A DNA stretch of 63,117 nt, counting the filler, from Octopus bimaculoides (lineage: Eukaryota): NCBI RefSeq assembly GCF_001194135.2. It is 9 parts of 7 records of this genome, joined end to end, with 100 filler letters (N's around TTAATTAATTAA, not from the genome) between each part and the next. Parts side by side here need not be neighbours in the genome. Positions count along the whole stretch, not along the records: positions 1 to 3,761 come from NC_068990.1; positions 3,862 to 14,361 come from NC_068991.1; 7 more parts are not named here. One strand, given 5' to 3'. Position numbers and translations under genes: made by a program. The notes beneath the pieces were generated by a model. The model was not told where the DNA came from and did no database searches. It was given only the letters and a program-made list of their open reading frames with translations. Every line of letters starts with the position of its first letter. The first letter of the stretch is position 1. Shown here one piece after another: positions 1-12,962 of the stretch.

Positions 1-68
<68 letters not shown>

Positions 69-91
69 TAACAATAATAATAACAATAATA

Positions 92-179
<88 letters not shown>

Positions 180-180
180 A
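1..180. repeat. (AAT)n microsatellite with GAT/AAC interruptions
   Basis: Directly visible trinucleotide array running to the window edge. Confidence 0.98.
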
Positions 181-581
181 TAAAAAAAAAATACCTTCAG
201 CAAAAATAAAAATAAAAATTTAAAGTACATGTCTCAGTAAGCTTGTATCTAAATTTTATTTTTCATTTTTGTCGCTTCTTAGGTCAAATGGAGCTACAAA
301 ATTTTGCATTGCCTGACTTTTTTAAAAATCTTTTTATTATTTTTTTTTTTGTGTGTGTTTGCATTCAGTTTTGTAAATTCTTTGGCAAAATGATTTATTT
401 ATCTAATGTTGTTGTTATTTTAGATTATTATAAAGAGGAAGAGTAAGTAGGTAGTATATGTTGCCTGCCTACAAGATAAACATTTTTACTGGTGCTTAAA
501 AAGTAAAATGGAACTAATGGTATGTACAGTATAGTATATAATAAAACTACATTTCAAGTATATACAACAGTAAACATGTAG

Positions 582-736
582 TGTGTGTGTGTGTGCTTGT
601 GGGTGTACACATACATGCATACGTACATGCTTATACATATACACATATGATGATGATGATGATGATGATATATATAATATATACCTACATATGCATATAT
701 ATATATATATATATATGCATTTGTATGTATGTGTGG

Positions 737-786
<50 letters not shown>

Positions 787-820
787 GTATTTGTATATGT
801 ATATTTGTGTGTATATGTGA
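582..820. repeat. Compound (GT)/(GAT)/(AT)/(ATGT) microsatellite. Many similar arrays occur throughout the window and most N gaps are bordered by them.
   Basis: Directly visible. These arrays explain the YIYI/CVCV/HTHT pseudo-ORFs in the ORF track. Confidence 0.95.
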
Positions 821-1289
821 TGTAGTAATTTTTTTTTTAATGTCTATATACACAAATTCATGTAAATTTTTATTTCTTTTTAGTGCTCTGTAAACTAGAA
901 TTGAATAATAAACATGAGTTTTCATCTACCATTTCTCAAAAAAACTGTCTGTGTGGTTGTGTGACATGATTTTTAAAGTAGCAAACAAAATATCCTGCTA
1001 TACTTTTCGTTCTGAGAGCCACTGTAGATGTAACAAATTTGTCTGTATGCAGCAACAAGTCGGAGTTTTGAAAAGAAAATTGCCCTGATGAATGCAACAG
1101 CAAATTACTTTTATATCCTCCTGCAAAAAATTCCATACGGAACACTTGTCATGCAGAATCATTCATTGTCCTTATATTATAGAAAGTGAAGGTGCAGTTG
1201 TTTGAAGCCCATCATCTTTATATTTATACCTACATATATATGGTGGTGGGGGGATGTATTTATGTGTATGTGTGTGTGAGTATTCGTGC

Positions 1290-1410
1290 TTGTTGTTTGT
1301 CCCCCACCACTGCTTCACAAACAGTGTTGGTTTGTCTATGTCCCCAATAACGTAGCAGTTCAGCTAAAGAGACTGATGCAGTAAGTAACTAACTCAAAAA
1401 AAAATAATTA
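1290..1410 (+). mobile_element. SINE family A, 3' remnant
   Basis: Degenerate match (gtttgtcccccaccac...gtcccc..taac.tagcagttc...aaagagac.gat...taagta) to the better copies at 19119 and 41047. Confidence 0.5.
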
Positions 1411-1439
1411 GTGGGTGATAGGGTGATTTGTTTGACAAA

Positions 1440-2163
1440 AGTATGTGTTACCTTGATAGATAAAGCAATTAAGGGTATGAAAATAGGGAAAGCCCCCGGC
1501 CAATTAGGAATCACTGCAGAGATGCTTAAAATATCTGGCGGTGTTGGCTATGGTCTAGTCACCTGTATAGTTAATCAGGTGATACATGAAGGAATTATAC
1601 CCATTGACTGTACACCATAGTCAGCTGCTACAAAGGTAAGGGTACGAATAATTACAGCTACAAATTATTACGTACAAATAATTACAGAGGTATCAAGTTT
1701 TGGAGCAGGTAATATTGGACCAGCCCAACTAATTAGGGAGAGATTCAGTTTAGATGAGATGCAGTTTGGATTTGTGCCAGAGAAAATCACCACTGATGCT
1801 ATATTTCTGGTAAGACAGCTGCAGGAGAAATACCTAGCCAAAGATAAACCTCTGTACCTGGCTTTGTTGACTTGGAGAAAGCCTTTGATAGGGTCCCCCG
1901 ATCCCTTATCTGGTGGTCAATGCGGAAACTAGGGATAGATGAGTGGTTAGTGAGAGCTGTGCAAGCCATGTACAGGGATGCTGTCAGTAAGGTGAGGGTT
2001 GGCAACAAGTACACTGAAGAATTCCAAGTAGGAGTAGGAGTTCACCAAGGATCAGTCCTCAGCCCCCTTTTATTCATCATAGTCCTCCAGGCAATAACAC
2101 AGGAATTCAAGACAGGATGCCCCTGGGAGATTCTCTGTGTTGATGACCTCACTCTAATAGCTG
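1440..2163 (+). mobile_element. RTE-clade LINE reverse transcriptase fragment (frameshifted)
   Basis: Translations GKAPGQLGITAEMLK, NYRGIK, EKAFDRVPR, GVHQGSVLSPLLF and CVDDLTLIA (YADD position) follow RT motif order. Confidence 0.9.
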
Positions 2164-2164
2164 G

Positions 2165-3390
2165 AAACTATGCATGCAGGTCCAAGGTGCAGCTATTGGT
2201 GTTGGTGTGGCTGGAGATGTGGCTGGCCTCTTCATGACCTGGTGGGACAGAAAACTTAAACAATCCTTAGCTGAACAATCCACGACTGTTTTGCTTTACT
2301 GTAGGTTTGTAGATGACATTAATATTCTAGTCAGAACAAACTCTAGTAACTGTAGTGTAGAAATCGAGAGGAGCATAATGGAGAGCATCCAGCATGTAGC
2401 TAACTGCATCCACCAAAGTATCAAGGTAACTATAAATTACTCCACTAAGCACCCTAATAATAGACTCCCTGTCCTTGATACTGAACTTTGGTCAGAGACT
2501 GTAAACAACAGAGTGCAGTTCCTCCACTCCTATTCCATGAAACCCATAGCTTCTAAATATGTTGTTCACAAGAACTTAACTTTGTCACACAACAAGAAAA
2601 CCAATATACTGATAGCAGACTTAGGATAATGAATAATGTGTCCCCTCTACGTGAACCCTATGAAATGAAGAAACATATTCAGAGTTTCATGCACTGCATG
2701 CAATTCTCTGAATATGACAAAAAAGATAGGATTCAGGTATATAGAGGAACTCGAAAGAAGTTAGATAGCATTATATGTAATGAAACCAGTGGTTCCTGCC
2801 CTAGATACAGAGGTAAAGACTGAAATAGAGAGTTTGTGATAAAGCAAACAGGATGAACACATGGCACAAGGCCGACAAATATCAAGGATGATGTTTGTAG
2901 AGGCCACAGCCGATGGAGAACTCGCCTGAAGTTTTAGGAAAGCTCTGAAGGAGACCAAACTCAACATTAAGATCGTTGAAAAGCCAGAGAGCTCCACCAG
3001 ATCACAGTTATGTAGGGCATACCCCTTTGAGAGTACCATATGCACCAATGAAAACTGCATGGTATGTAAGATTAACCCTGGCATTAACTGTAAAACAAGA
3101 AATGTAGTCTATAGCATAAGAAGGTGCCTGTAAAGACAAGAACATGACATACACTGGGGAGACATCTAGAAGCATTGTGGAGAGATTAAATGAACATTTG
3201 AGACAATATGATGACAAAAACAGTCCTCCATACTCTACCAACATTCCAAAGACCAATATGGAGGCACACTGGGTCGACTTGACATCCACATTTTATTCAA
3301 GCATCCAAAGGACCCAACACTCAGACAAATACAGGGGTATGTCCTCATAATGAAACATCCCCAATACTAAATAGGAGATACACAGTTTAT
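2165..3390 (+). mobile_element. 5'-truncated Penelope-like element: RT C-terminal half, Cys-rich linker and GIY-YIG endonuclease (decayed)
   Basis: KLCMQVQGAAIG (motif B), YCRFVDDI, LPVLDTEL, then CTNENCMVC...NCKTRNVVYSI...YTGETSRSIVERLNEH (GIY-YIG). Confidence 0.85.
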
Positions 3391-3761
3391 ACATACACAG
3401 GTGGATTTGTCAGCAGGTTGTTATATAGGCAAATATATATATATATATTCATACTGAACTACTTGGCATAATTGTTAATTATTAATTCTATTATTAATTG
3501 ACGATTCCCTGCCCTCATTTCTAGTATATTTTATATTTGATATCTCTAAGTTAGATGGTTAAACCGTAATCCCTCCACACGGGACTTCTTTTCATACGGG
3601 ACTATTTGTGATGCACATGGAATGGATTTCTTTGGGGTGGGATGCCTGAACTCGCTAGCCGATGAATTCGTAAGTGCCTTTCTTATCGTTGATTTTTGGT
3701 GTCGCATGGCCAAGGATTACCGTGAATTTTTTTAGAGACACTTTCAAATTTATCAGAATAT

Positions 3762-3861
3762 NNNNNNNNNNNNNNNNNNNNNNNNNNNNNNNNNNNNNNN
3801 NNNNNTTAATTAATTAANNNNNNNNNNNNNNNNNNNNNNNNNNNNNNNNNNNNNNNNNNNN
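3762..3861. other. Artificial scaffolding spacer N44-TTAATTAATTAA-N44
   Basis: The identical 100-nt layout recurs with cores at 3806, 14406, 40991, 46862, 50377, 53608, 57647 and 61098. The 12-mer carries stops in all six frames. Confidence 0.95.
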
Positions 3862-3902
<41 letters not shown>

Positions 3903-3995
3903 TATACACATGTACATATATATTGCATGTATATATATATGCACATGTGTATATATATATATATACATGTATATATATATGTGCATATACATATG

Positions 3996-4030
<35 letters not shown>

Positions 4031-5518
4031 CCTGTGATGTGTCATACAAATCTTCAGTTATCACATGTTCACATGTTGTATATTAAGATTTAACGACTCA
4101 CTCTATACACTCTGCAGCATTCAACATTATAGAGATTCTTGTTTGTTGTTGGTTATTTAAAAAAAATTTTTTTTTTTATGTGTACTACACTTTCACACAG
4201 CACATTTCTTCATTCTGCAAATACTTCTCACTCACTCACTCACTCACAAAGTGTGTCATTTATATTTCGTTATAAAAATGTATATAGTTATATATATATA
4301 TATATATGTACGTATATATATATATATGAATAGAAAGAGAGAGAGACACACATTCTTATACATACATAAATATTCACACATATATAATGTTATATAATAA
4401 ATCATATTTAACATATTTTAAATATTGTACACACATACACACACCAGATATATATATATATATATTTATGTATATATATATATATATATATATATAAATC
4501 ATAATAAATTAAAATCAATAATAATTATTATTATTACTATAATATATATATATATGAATCTATTTTGTTTGAGAATCGTAAAATTTTTAATGTTTAAGCA
4601 GAAAAATAATATTAATCATCTTTATCCAATTCTGACAAAACTAAAAAAAAAAAAGAAATGAAAAAAAAAATATTAATTATTGAATATATAAAAAAAAGGG
4701 TGAAAGAAACATTACATGAGAATTTATTAGGGAGCTGAGCATTTATTTGTTTCTTCAGGTCCTTCAATTAATTTTTAAATATAAATAAATAAATAATATA
4801 TAAATAAATCACATCCCCACCTCACCAGACTCCCCTTCATTGCCCTTCCCCCACGTCTCATCACCCCCACATCCCACCACCACCACTACCATCACTTTTC
4901 CTTGTTTCTACCATCACAGCTACCAATACCACCATTACCACCACCACCACCACCACACCATTTTGCTAAGCTCAATGTACAGTGATTTTGTAGATACTAT
5001 TAACAGTTGAGTAACGTGTGCTTGCTTGTTTGCGTACATACTTACTTACATACATACATGCATACATTTGTAAACACACACACACACACACACACACATG
5101 TATATAAACATATACATGTATATGCACACATATATGTATATGTGTACATATATACACACATTGTCATCAGAGTGGTAATACAGAGAGTCAAGAAGGAAGG
5201 TGATGTTTCGTTGTGTTTGTCTATGTTAAATATATCTAGTCTTACATCTGACTGTGTTTTGTTTTTGTGCACTTGTAATATCCGGATTTAGCGTGTTGTG
5301 GGTCTGCATCGTCGTTACTGTTGTTATTTAAGCTGAATCTAGTTAAAAAATGACCAAGTCATTGGAATGATATTATTTATTCATCTTCTCACTGCTATTG
5401 GCGATGGTAAGAAGCAGAAGTCATTTGTGGTGTTAAACTGTATTTACTCTCTCTGCTGCACTCTCACTTACGCTTGTTGGCATCTTAGTTTTTCTGCATT
5501 TCTTATCCCCCTTGCATT

Positions 5519-5560
<42 letters not shown>

Positions 5561-5694
5561 CTTTCTTCCTGTAGATATTTGCAGGGAGTTACCCCACTTT
5601 ATTATTGTTTTTTCCACAGACCTTCTAGCTGCCTGGCTTTTTCAAAGAACTTAAACCGTCCCCAGCACCATCGCCTTTATTATTATTGATATAA

Positions 5695-5890
5695 TAGAAT
5701 CGTTAAAACATTGGGCAACATTTTTAATAGCATTTCGTCCCCATCTTTACGTTCCAAGTTCAAAGTCCACCGAGTTCGTCTTTGCCTTTTATCCTTTCGG
5801 GGGGCGATAAAATATGTACCCGTTGAACATCTGGGTTGATGTAATCAACTAGCGTCGTCCCCGCAAATTTCAGACATTGTACCCAAATCA
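5695..5890 (+). mobile_element. tRNA-derived SINE family B (degenerate)
   Basis: Matches the in-window consensus gcagaatcgtt...ttcgtccgtctttacgttctgagttcaaattcc.ccgaggtcgactttgcctttcatcctttcggggtcgataaaataagtacc seen at 36518 and 56077. Confidence 0.75.
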
Positions 5891-5892
5891 GG

Positions 5893-5933
<41 letters not shown>

Positions 5934-6344
5934 TTGTTAGATATTTAGAGTTTGTTTTACTAAATATGCTCTCACTTCAATCTCTTCTCATCTGTGTGCG
6001 TATATATTGCTGGGCAGCGAAATTAAGCTGTTTTCTTCCGAAAATCTCAGGACAGAAACACACACATGCGCATGCACACACGCGTGCGCTCTCTCTCTCT
6101 CACGCACATACACAGTACATGCTTTTTATTAATAGTCGGTAGGAGTTACAGGGTGACTCAAGGACTGAGAATTTCGTGACAAGTGCTTGATAAGTGCCAA
6201 CACATGAAACTCTCAGCCCTTCAGTCACTCTGTAACCGCTACTAGAAATAGTAGCCAAATATTCTCTTTCCGTTTTGGGAGAGAGAGAGAGAGAGAGATA
6301 GGGGGTGGGGAACAATGAATAATGAAATGTTAGATAAACAATGA

Positions 6345-6482
6345 AGGCGGCGAAGTAGCAGAGTCGATAAAGTATTGGATAGACTACCTCGCAATGTTTG
6401 TTCCGACGCTGCGTTGTAAGTTCAAATCTCACCGACGTCACTTTTGATTTTTATCATTTCGGGGTCGATAAATAAAGTACCA
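6345..6482 (+). mobile_element. SINE family B
   Basis: aaggcggcga head, gttcaaatc B-box-like segment and ttcggggtcgataaataaagtacc core. Confidence 0.7.
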
Positions 6483-6743
6483 AACCAGGAATGGTGTATT
6501 GGTGGAACTGTGGTTATCTGTCTGATTCTTGCTACAACAATGATGCCCAAATTGGTGGTATTTCCTTTGGATAAACATCGTTAGCGTGAAGAGAGGGGAC
6601 TTGAATGCATCGGTAACTATTAGTCTTCCTCAAAAGAATCCCGCCTACATAAATGTACAGAGGAAGAGTCAACCTTGTCTTACGGAAACCCCACATACAT
6701 ACATACATACATACATACTTACACCAGCTAACTCGCACATTAC

Positions 6744-6900
6744 AAATACAATCTGTAAGTGGAACAGTAAAAACATGCAAGATTTTTCTCAAGTTTAGAA
6801 TGTGACATTGTTTTCATTATCTACATTCCAACGATGGAACTTTGTATCTTTGTTAGAAACCAGTTCCTTCCTCGGAGGATGAATTTAAGTAATTGAAAGC
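6744..6900 (+). mobile_element. 3' end of an RLE-type (R4/Dong-like) LINE
   Basis: Reads TLQIQSVSGTVKTCKIFLKF and is homologous to 61300-61436. Confidence 0.55.
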
Positions 6901-8074
6901 AGAAGGGGACCTTCATACATGCAATGACCAAAGAGAGGACGACGGGATCACGACCGAAATGCGTTTAACCAGAACGCGTTTGATCTGGTCTGACCAGAGG
7001 CTGAACAACGCTCCTATTATCCGTGTGTGTTGATTCGGATGTAGTAACTGGTATAACATACTCCCCTGTAGTATCTTTCTAAAAGGGAAGGGCGTAACAT
7101 AGGGTTGCTGGTTCAAGGTTGACGTGGGACAAAACAACAACTCGAAATTGTAACAACAATAATTACTTCTACTCTAGGCCTTGATAATTTTAGGAGGAAG
7201 GGGGCTAGTCGAATACGTCGACCCCAGTACGTAACTGNNNNNNNNNNNNNNNNNNNNNNNNNNNNNNNNNNNNNNNNNNNNNNNNNNNNNNNNNNNNNNN
7301 NNNNNNNNNNNNNNNNNNNNNNNNNNNNNNNNNNNNNNNNNNNNNNNNNNNNNNNNNNNNNNNNNNNNNNNNNNNNNNNNNNNNNNNNNNNNNNNNNNNN
7401 NNNNNNNNNNNNNNNNNNNNNNNNNNNNNNNNNNNNNNNNNNNNNNNNNNNNNNNNNNNNNNNNNNNNNNNNNNNNNNNNNNNNNNNNNNNNNNNNNNNN
7501 NNNNNNNNNNNNNNNNNNNNNNNNNNNNNNNNNNNNNNNNNNNNNNNNNNNNNNNNNNNNNNNNNNNNNNNNNNNNNNNNNNNNNNNNNNNNNNNNNNNN
7601 NNNNNNNNNNNNNNNNNNNNNNNNNNNNNNNNNNNNNNNNNNNNNNNNNNNNNNNNNNNNNNNNNNNNNNNNNNNNNNNNNNNNNNNNNNNNNNNNNNNN
7701 NNNNNNNNNNNNNNNNNNNNNNNNNNNNNNNNNNNNNNNNNNNNNNNNNNNNNNNNNNNNNNNNNNNNNNNNNNNNNNNNNNNNNNNNNNNNNNNNNNNN
7801 NNNNNNNNNNNNNNNNNNNNNNNNNNNNNNNNNNNNNNNNNNNNNNNNNNNNNNNNNNNNNNNNNNNNNNNNNNNNNNNNNNNNNNNNNNNNNNNNNNNN
7901 NNNNNNNNNNNNNNNNNNNNNNNNNNNNNNNNNNNNNNNNNNNNNNNNNNNNNNNNNNNCCATCCTTCTGGGGTGGGGGGTCAACAAAATAAAGTACCAG
8001 TCAAATACTGAGGTCGACGATATTGACTTCACATCCTTAATTTCACATCTTGTGCGTTTTGCTTAGAAATAACG

Positions 8075-8270
8075 AGGGTGGCGGATTAACAGAATCGTTT
8101 AGAGCATCAGGAAAAAAATGTCTTGCATTGTTATTTCATCTGGCTCTTTACGTTCCGAGTTCAAATCCTGCCAAGGACAACCTCGCTTTTCATGACCCCC
8201 CACACACACACACACGAGATCGATTTAATCGATTAACGCTCTTTATCTCCAGCTTTCAGGTCTTGTGCTT
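8075..8270 (+). mobile_element. SINE family B (degenerate)
   Basis: cagaatcgtt...ttacgttccgagttcaaatcctgcc..gg.c.ac.tcgctttcat matches the family consensus. Confidence 0.6.
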
Positions 8271-9928
8271 TAGAATTTAGTCCCTTGGAGGTAGCAGCCA
8301 TAACTGTGAAAGTATCACCGAAGTTGGTTACTTTAGTTTGCCCAGTAACATTTACTGCTGCTTCTGCTACTGTTGCTGTTGCTGCTACTATCTAATTCCG
8401 TGAAGTCACACAGCCGCAAAATCTTCCCCTAAACTTTTGTGGTCGATTCTCCAAACCTTTGGGGTTTGGGACGTTGTATTCGTCCCTGTATGTGTGTGCT
8501 TTCACATACTAAATGAAATATTCAGTTCGTCAGAATGAAGAGTTTTAACTATATTTTAATCAAATTTTTTGGTGACAAAGTTATAGTAATTTTTCAGGGG
8601 TTTTTTTTGCGATGTTTTTAGCCTTGAAAATGTTGCAAAAACATAAGCAATATTCTGTACGTATATACATACATACACACGTACATACATGTGTGTGTGT
8701 GTATGTAGCTAATTGGGTGTATATGGATATCTATTTGTGTGTGTGCATATATACACATGTACCTATTTGTATGTAATCGATATATTTTTGTATATATGTA
8801 TGTGGCCGTTTGTGTGTACATGGATATATATATATGTGTGTCTCTTTATATATGTACATATATTCGTAAAAGCTTATATATTTGTATATATATATATATT
8901 TGTGTATATATATAATATATGTACATATGTGTGTCTGTGTCTATGTATGCATATTAAGGAAATACTTAGATGTGACCTTTGCTTTCAATGTGTTTTTTTT
9001 TACAATTCCACCCTTCCGTCTAACTATAAAGCTCTTCTGTATATTAAATCTCAATTGGATTTATATGCATGCATACATATGTGTTGTGTATGTATGGAAG
9101 CCTATCTATGAACATATCTGACTGGAGACATGTATGCTTGTTTATGTATGGAAGCCAGCCTCTCTCTATATCTATAACTACGTATATGTCTGATGCATTT
9201 CTCTGTCTGTAGCAAATACCTTACTCACTCCTACCTATCCCCCCCGTCACTCCTCTACTTTCATATTCTTCCACCGCCATCACCAACGCCACACACATCT
9301 AACTTTACAGGAAGTTTTATTCTCCCCCCTGCCCCCTCTCCCTCCACAAGCCGTGCTATCATCAATCACTAAAAAAACGAGAGGTTTAATTCACTATGGG
9401 TGCTTTAGCTTATGCAAAAGGTCTCTGCCTGTTATATATANNNNNNNNNNNNNNNNNNNNNNNNNNNNNNNNNNNNNNNNNNNNNNNNNNNNNNNNNNNN
9501 NNNNNNNNNNNNNNNNNNNNNNNNNNNNNNNNNNNNNNNNNNNNNNNNNNNNNNNNNNNNNNNNNNNNNNNNNNNNNNNNNNNNNNNNNNNNNNNNNNNN
9601 NNNNNNNNNNNNNNNNNNNNNNNNNNNNNNNNNNNNNNNNNNNNNNNNNNNNNNNNNNNNNNNNNNNNNNNNNNNNNNNNNNNNNNNNNNNNNNNNNNNN
9701 NNNNNNNNNNNNNNNNNNNNNNNNNNNNNNNNNNNNNNNNNNNNNNNNNNNNNNNNNNNNNNNNNNNNNNNNNNNNNNNNNNNNNNNNNNNNNNNNNNNN
9801 NNNNNNNNNNNNNNNNNNNNNNNNNNNNNNNNNNNNNNNNNNNNNNNNNNNNNNNNNNNNNNNNNNNNNNNNNNNNNNNNNNNNNNNNNNNNNNNNNNNN
9901 NNNNNNNNNNNNNATATATATATATATA

Positions 9929-9966
<38 letters not shown>

Positions 9967-10460
9967 CATATATATGTATATATATATGTGTGATTGTGTG
10001 TATGTATATCTGTATATATACAGGCATTTCCCTCCCCACCAGAAATAAAGCAATTTTAAACGTATATTCAACAGTTCTCCCTGATTAACGCGTGCACTCC
10101 CTCGATCCCTTCCCTCCTTCACCAAGATCTCTTCACGTGTGCACACTCTCACGCACACTTCACACACCTGTCACCACCACATGCACATACACACACCCAC
10201 ACACAAACACGTAGACATGCACGCGTACGCACACGCATGAACGTATTGCCTCATGCACATAACACACTAACGCGTCCCACACTGTTCCTTTATTGTGTGC
10301 ATACACACAATTTGTACATACACACAACTGCACGCACACACACACACACACACACACACATGCAATATATATATATATACGTAAATATCGAACAATGAGA
10401 ATGAGTGCTCAACACCGCATTGGTGGATAGAAATTCTTTATTTGTGTATTGAGGCTACCA

Positions 10461-10608
10461 TTGGTTTCATGTTAAGAAATATTTCAACGATCTTCAAGCC
10501 GACTACGTAGAAAAAATTGGTGTTCCTCTCCGTTTTGGATTAAAACATCAATTTTTCTATGTGATTGGCTTGAAGAATCGTTGAGATATTTCTTAACATG
10601 AAATCCAA
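10461..10608. mobile_element. Foldback/MITE-like element, ~64-bp imperfect arms and ~19-nt loop
   Basis: ttggtttcatgttaagaaatatttcaacgatcttcaagcc pairs with ggcttgaagaatcgttgagatatttcttaacatgaaatccaa. A partial related copy lies near 37655-37682. Confidence 0.75.
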
Positions 10609-10627
10609 AGTCGACTTAATACACAAA

Positions 10628-10693
<66 letters not shown>

Positions 10694-11003
10694 GCTCACT
10701 ACAGAATTTTTACAGAAAGAAACGCTATATACACTAATATGCACGTTCGTAGTCCTCGGTTAACGCAAGCAATATATATGTTTATGTGACGTATCATATA
10801 CACATGCTTACATTTTTATGTGTGTGTGTGTGTGTGTGTGAGTTGTGTGAGTTTATGTGTGAGCAATAACACACAGACACACGCACGCACCTGTAATGTC
10901 GTGTAAACCAGATTTTCAAGGCAATTTTTTTTCTAAATGACAGTCGACAAATCCAGTAAGAACAGGTTGATAAAAATGAAAATAAAGAAGAAGATAGATA
11001 GGT

Positions 11004-11036
<33 letters not shown>

Positions 11037-11505
11037 NNNNNNNNNNNNNNNNNNNNNNNNNNNNNNNNNNNNNNNNNNNNNNNNNNNNNNNNNNNNNNNN
11101 NNNNNNNNNNNNNNNNNNNNNNNNNNNNNNNNNNNNNNNNNNNNNNNNNNNNNNNNNNNNNNNNNNNNNNNNNNNNNNNNNNNNNNNNNNNNNNNNNNNN
11201 NNNNNNNNNNNNNNNNNNNNNNNNNNNNNNNNNNNNNNNNNNNNNNNNNNNNNNNNNNNNNNNNNNNNNNNNNNNNNNNNNNNNNNNNNNNNNNNNNNNN
11301 NNNNNNNNNNNNNNNNNNNNNNNNNNNNNNNNNNNNNNNNNNNNNNNNNNNNNNNNNNNNNNNNNNNNNNNNNNNNNNNNNNNNNNNNNNNNNNNNNNNN
11401 NNNNNNNNNNNNNNNNNNNNNNNNNNNNNNNNNNNNNNNNNNNNNNNNNNNNNNNNNNNNNNNNNNNNNNNNNNNNNNNNNNNNNNNNNNNNNNNNNNNN
11501 NNNNN

Positions 11506-11537
<32 letters not shown>

Positions 11538-12219
11538 ATATTTTGATTTGGAGCTTTGTTTTCTGGTTTCTTTTTCATTTCCTTATCGTCTCCAGAATGA
11601 TGATTCACCATTTTTCCATGTCCTTATTTTAAAGGGGTTTTTTTTTTGCATTGTTAACGCTATATTGACAGTTCACTTTTACATCAATATTGTTCAGTAG
11701 CGAAAGGTGGCATCATTTGTGATGAATTTGGCGTCGGTCAGTTTCAATGAGCAAGCATCTTCCAATTGAACTCGACCAGTGGAATTATCCATCCATTGTA
11801 CTGTAATTCTATTGGATGTAAGTTTTTATTCAACAGGCTCTTGTGCAGTTTAAGGTTCTCTTCTGCACTGTGTTGTCATAATATTGTACATTCATGCGCA
11901 AATACATGGGACCTTACAATATTTATTCATTGACTGCAAGCCACAGCGTATGTAGCTAATCTTTGGGACCCTCTACCCGTTAGGCCCCCGGGCAACTGCT
12001 CAATGTGTCCATGTCTAAAGAAGACACCGCCTCTGGAAGATTCAGCGTGTTACTCTATGTGATGAAGTTGAGGCTGTTTTTTTGGATTATATGTACAGCC
12101 CATTGGAGTCTTCTGCACAGTTTCCGTCTAGCCAGTTTCACTCATAAGAAACTTTAATAAACCTGTTGTTATGCTAGGAGGTATCTGCTGTATGATCCCA
12201 TTATTACGAAACAAAACTG

Positions 12220-12350
12220 AGGCGGTCAACCGCGGTCAACTTTGCATTTCATCCTTTCGGGGGTCACTAAAATAAGTATTGAGGTCCGTGTAATCAAATA
12301 GCCCTTCCTCTCAAAAAACTGATGGCATCACGCCAAAACTTGAAACCATT
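12220..12350 (+). mobile_element. SINE family B, internally deleted
   Basis: gtcaactttgcatttcatcctttcgggggtc...aaaataagta and the ccaaaacttgaaacc tail. Confidence 0.6.
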
Positions 12351-12911
12351 ATCATGAAACAAAACTACGTTTTTGTTCGATAATTCGACCAAACTATGCC
12401 ATATTCAACATCAGTGATGCTCTCCTCACCGTGCACACGTAACACTGACGTCTTATTTAAACTTTTATTTGCTTTTTAAAAGCCCACATGTGTACCATGT
12501 GATGGTATAAAAAGTGGCTAACACAAGCATCCACAGCAGTGCTGCCATCTGCTTGTCATTGCTGTTGATGTTGGTGTGCGTAATTACGTTATGAAGCTAT
12601 TGTGTGTATGTTTTTTTCTTTTAGATTTGGTTTCCGTTTAAAGAAATGGAACAAAATCCAAAAAAACAACAATAAAATTTACAACAACCACTGAGCAACC
12701 CAGCACCAAATACACAGCTTTATTGTGGTTCGATCCTTTGAACTTTGTGTATCAAACTTCTTCTTAATGCACAATAACATGTTATATTTGAAAAAAAGGA
12801 AAAAAAACGAAAAAAAAACTTCAAAAATAAATAAATAAAAGCAAATGAGGGAAAAAATAATAAAGAAACCCAAGATAATAATAATCCCACATTCTAATAT
12901 CTACCTATCCA

Positions 12912-12962
<51 letters not shown>

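Noticed and set aside
554-925. Many ORF-track entries rich in YIYI, CVCV, HTHT or X
   Set aside because: They are translations of (AT)n, (GT)n and (ATGT)n microsatellites and N gaps, not genes.
5387-11736. Signal-peptide-like micro-exons (MILFIHLLTAIGD at ~5387; VAKGGIICDEFGV at 11698-11736) and a 19-nt micro-exon at 424-442
   Set aside because: Phases can be made to fit, but such short splice-site matches are common by chance and there is no homology support.
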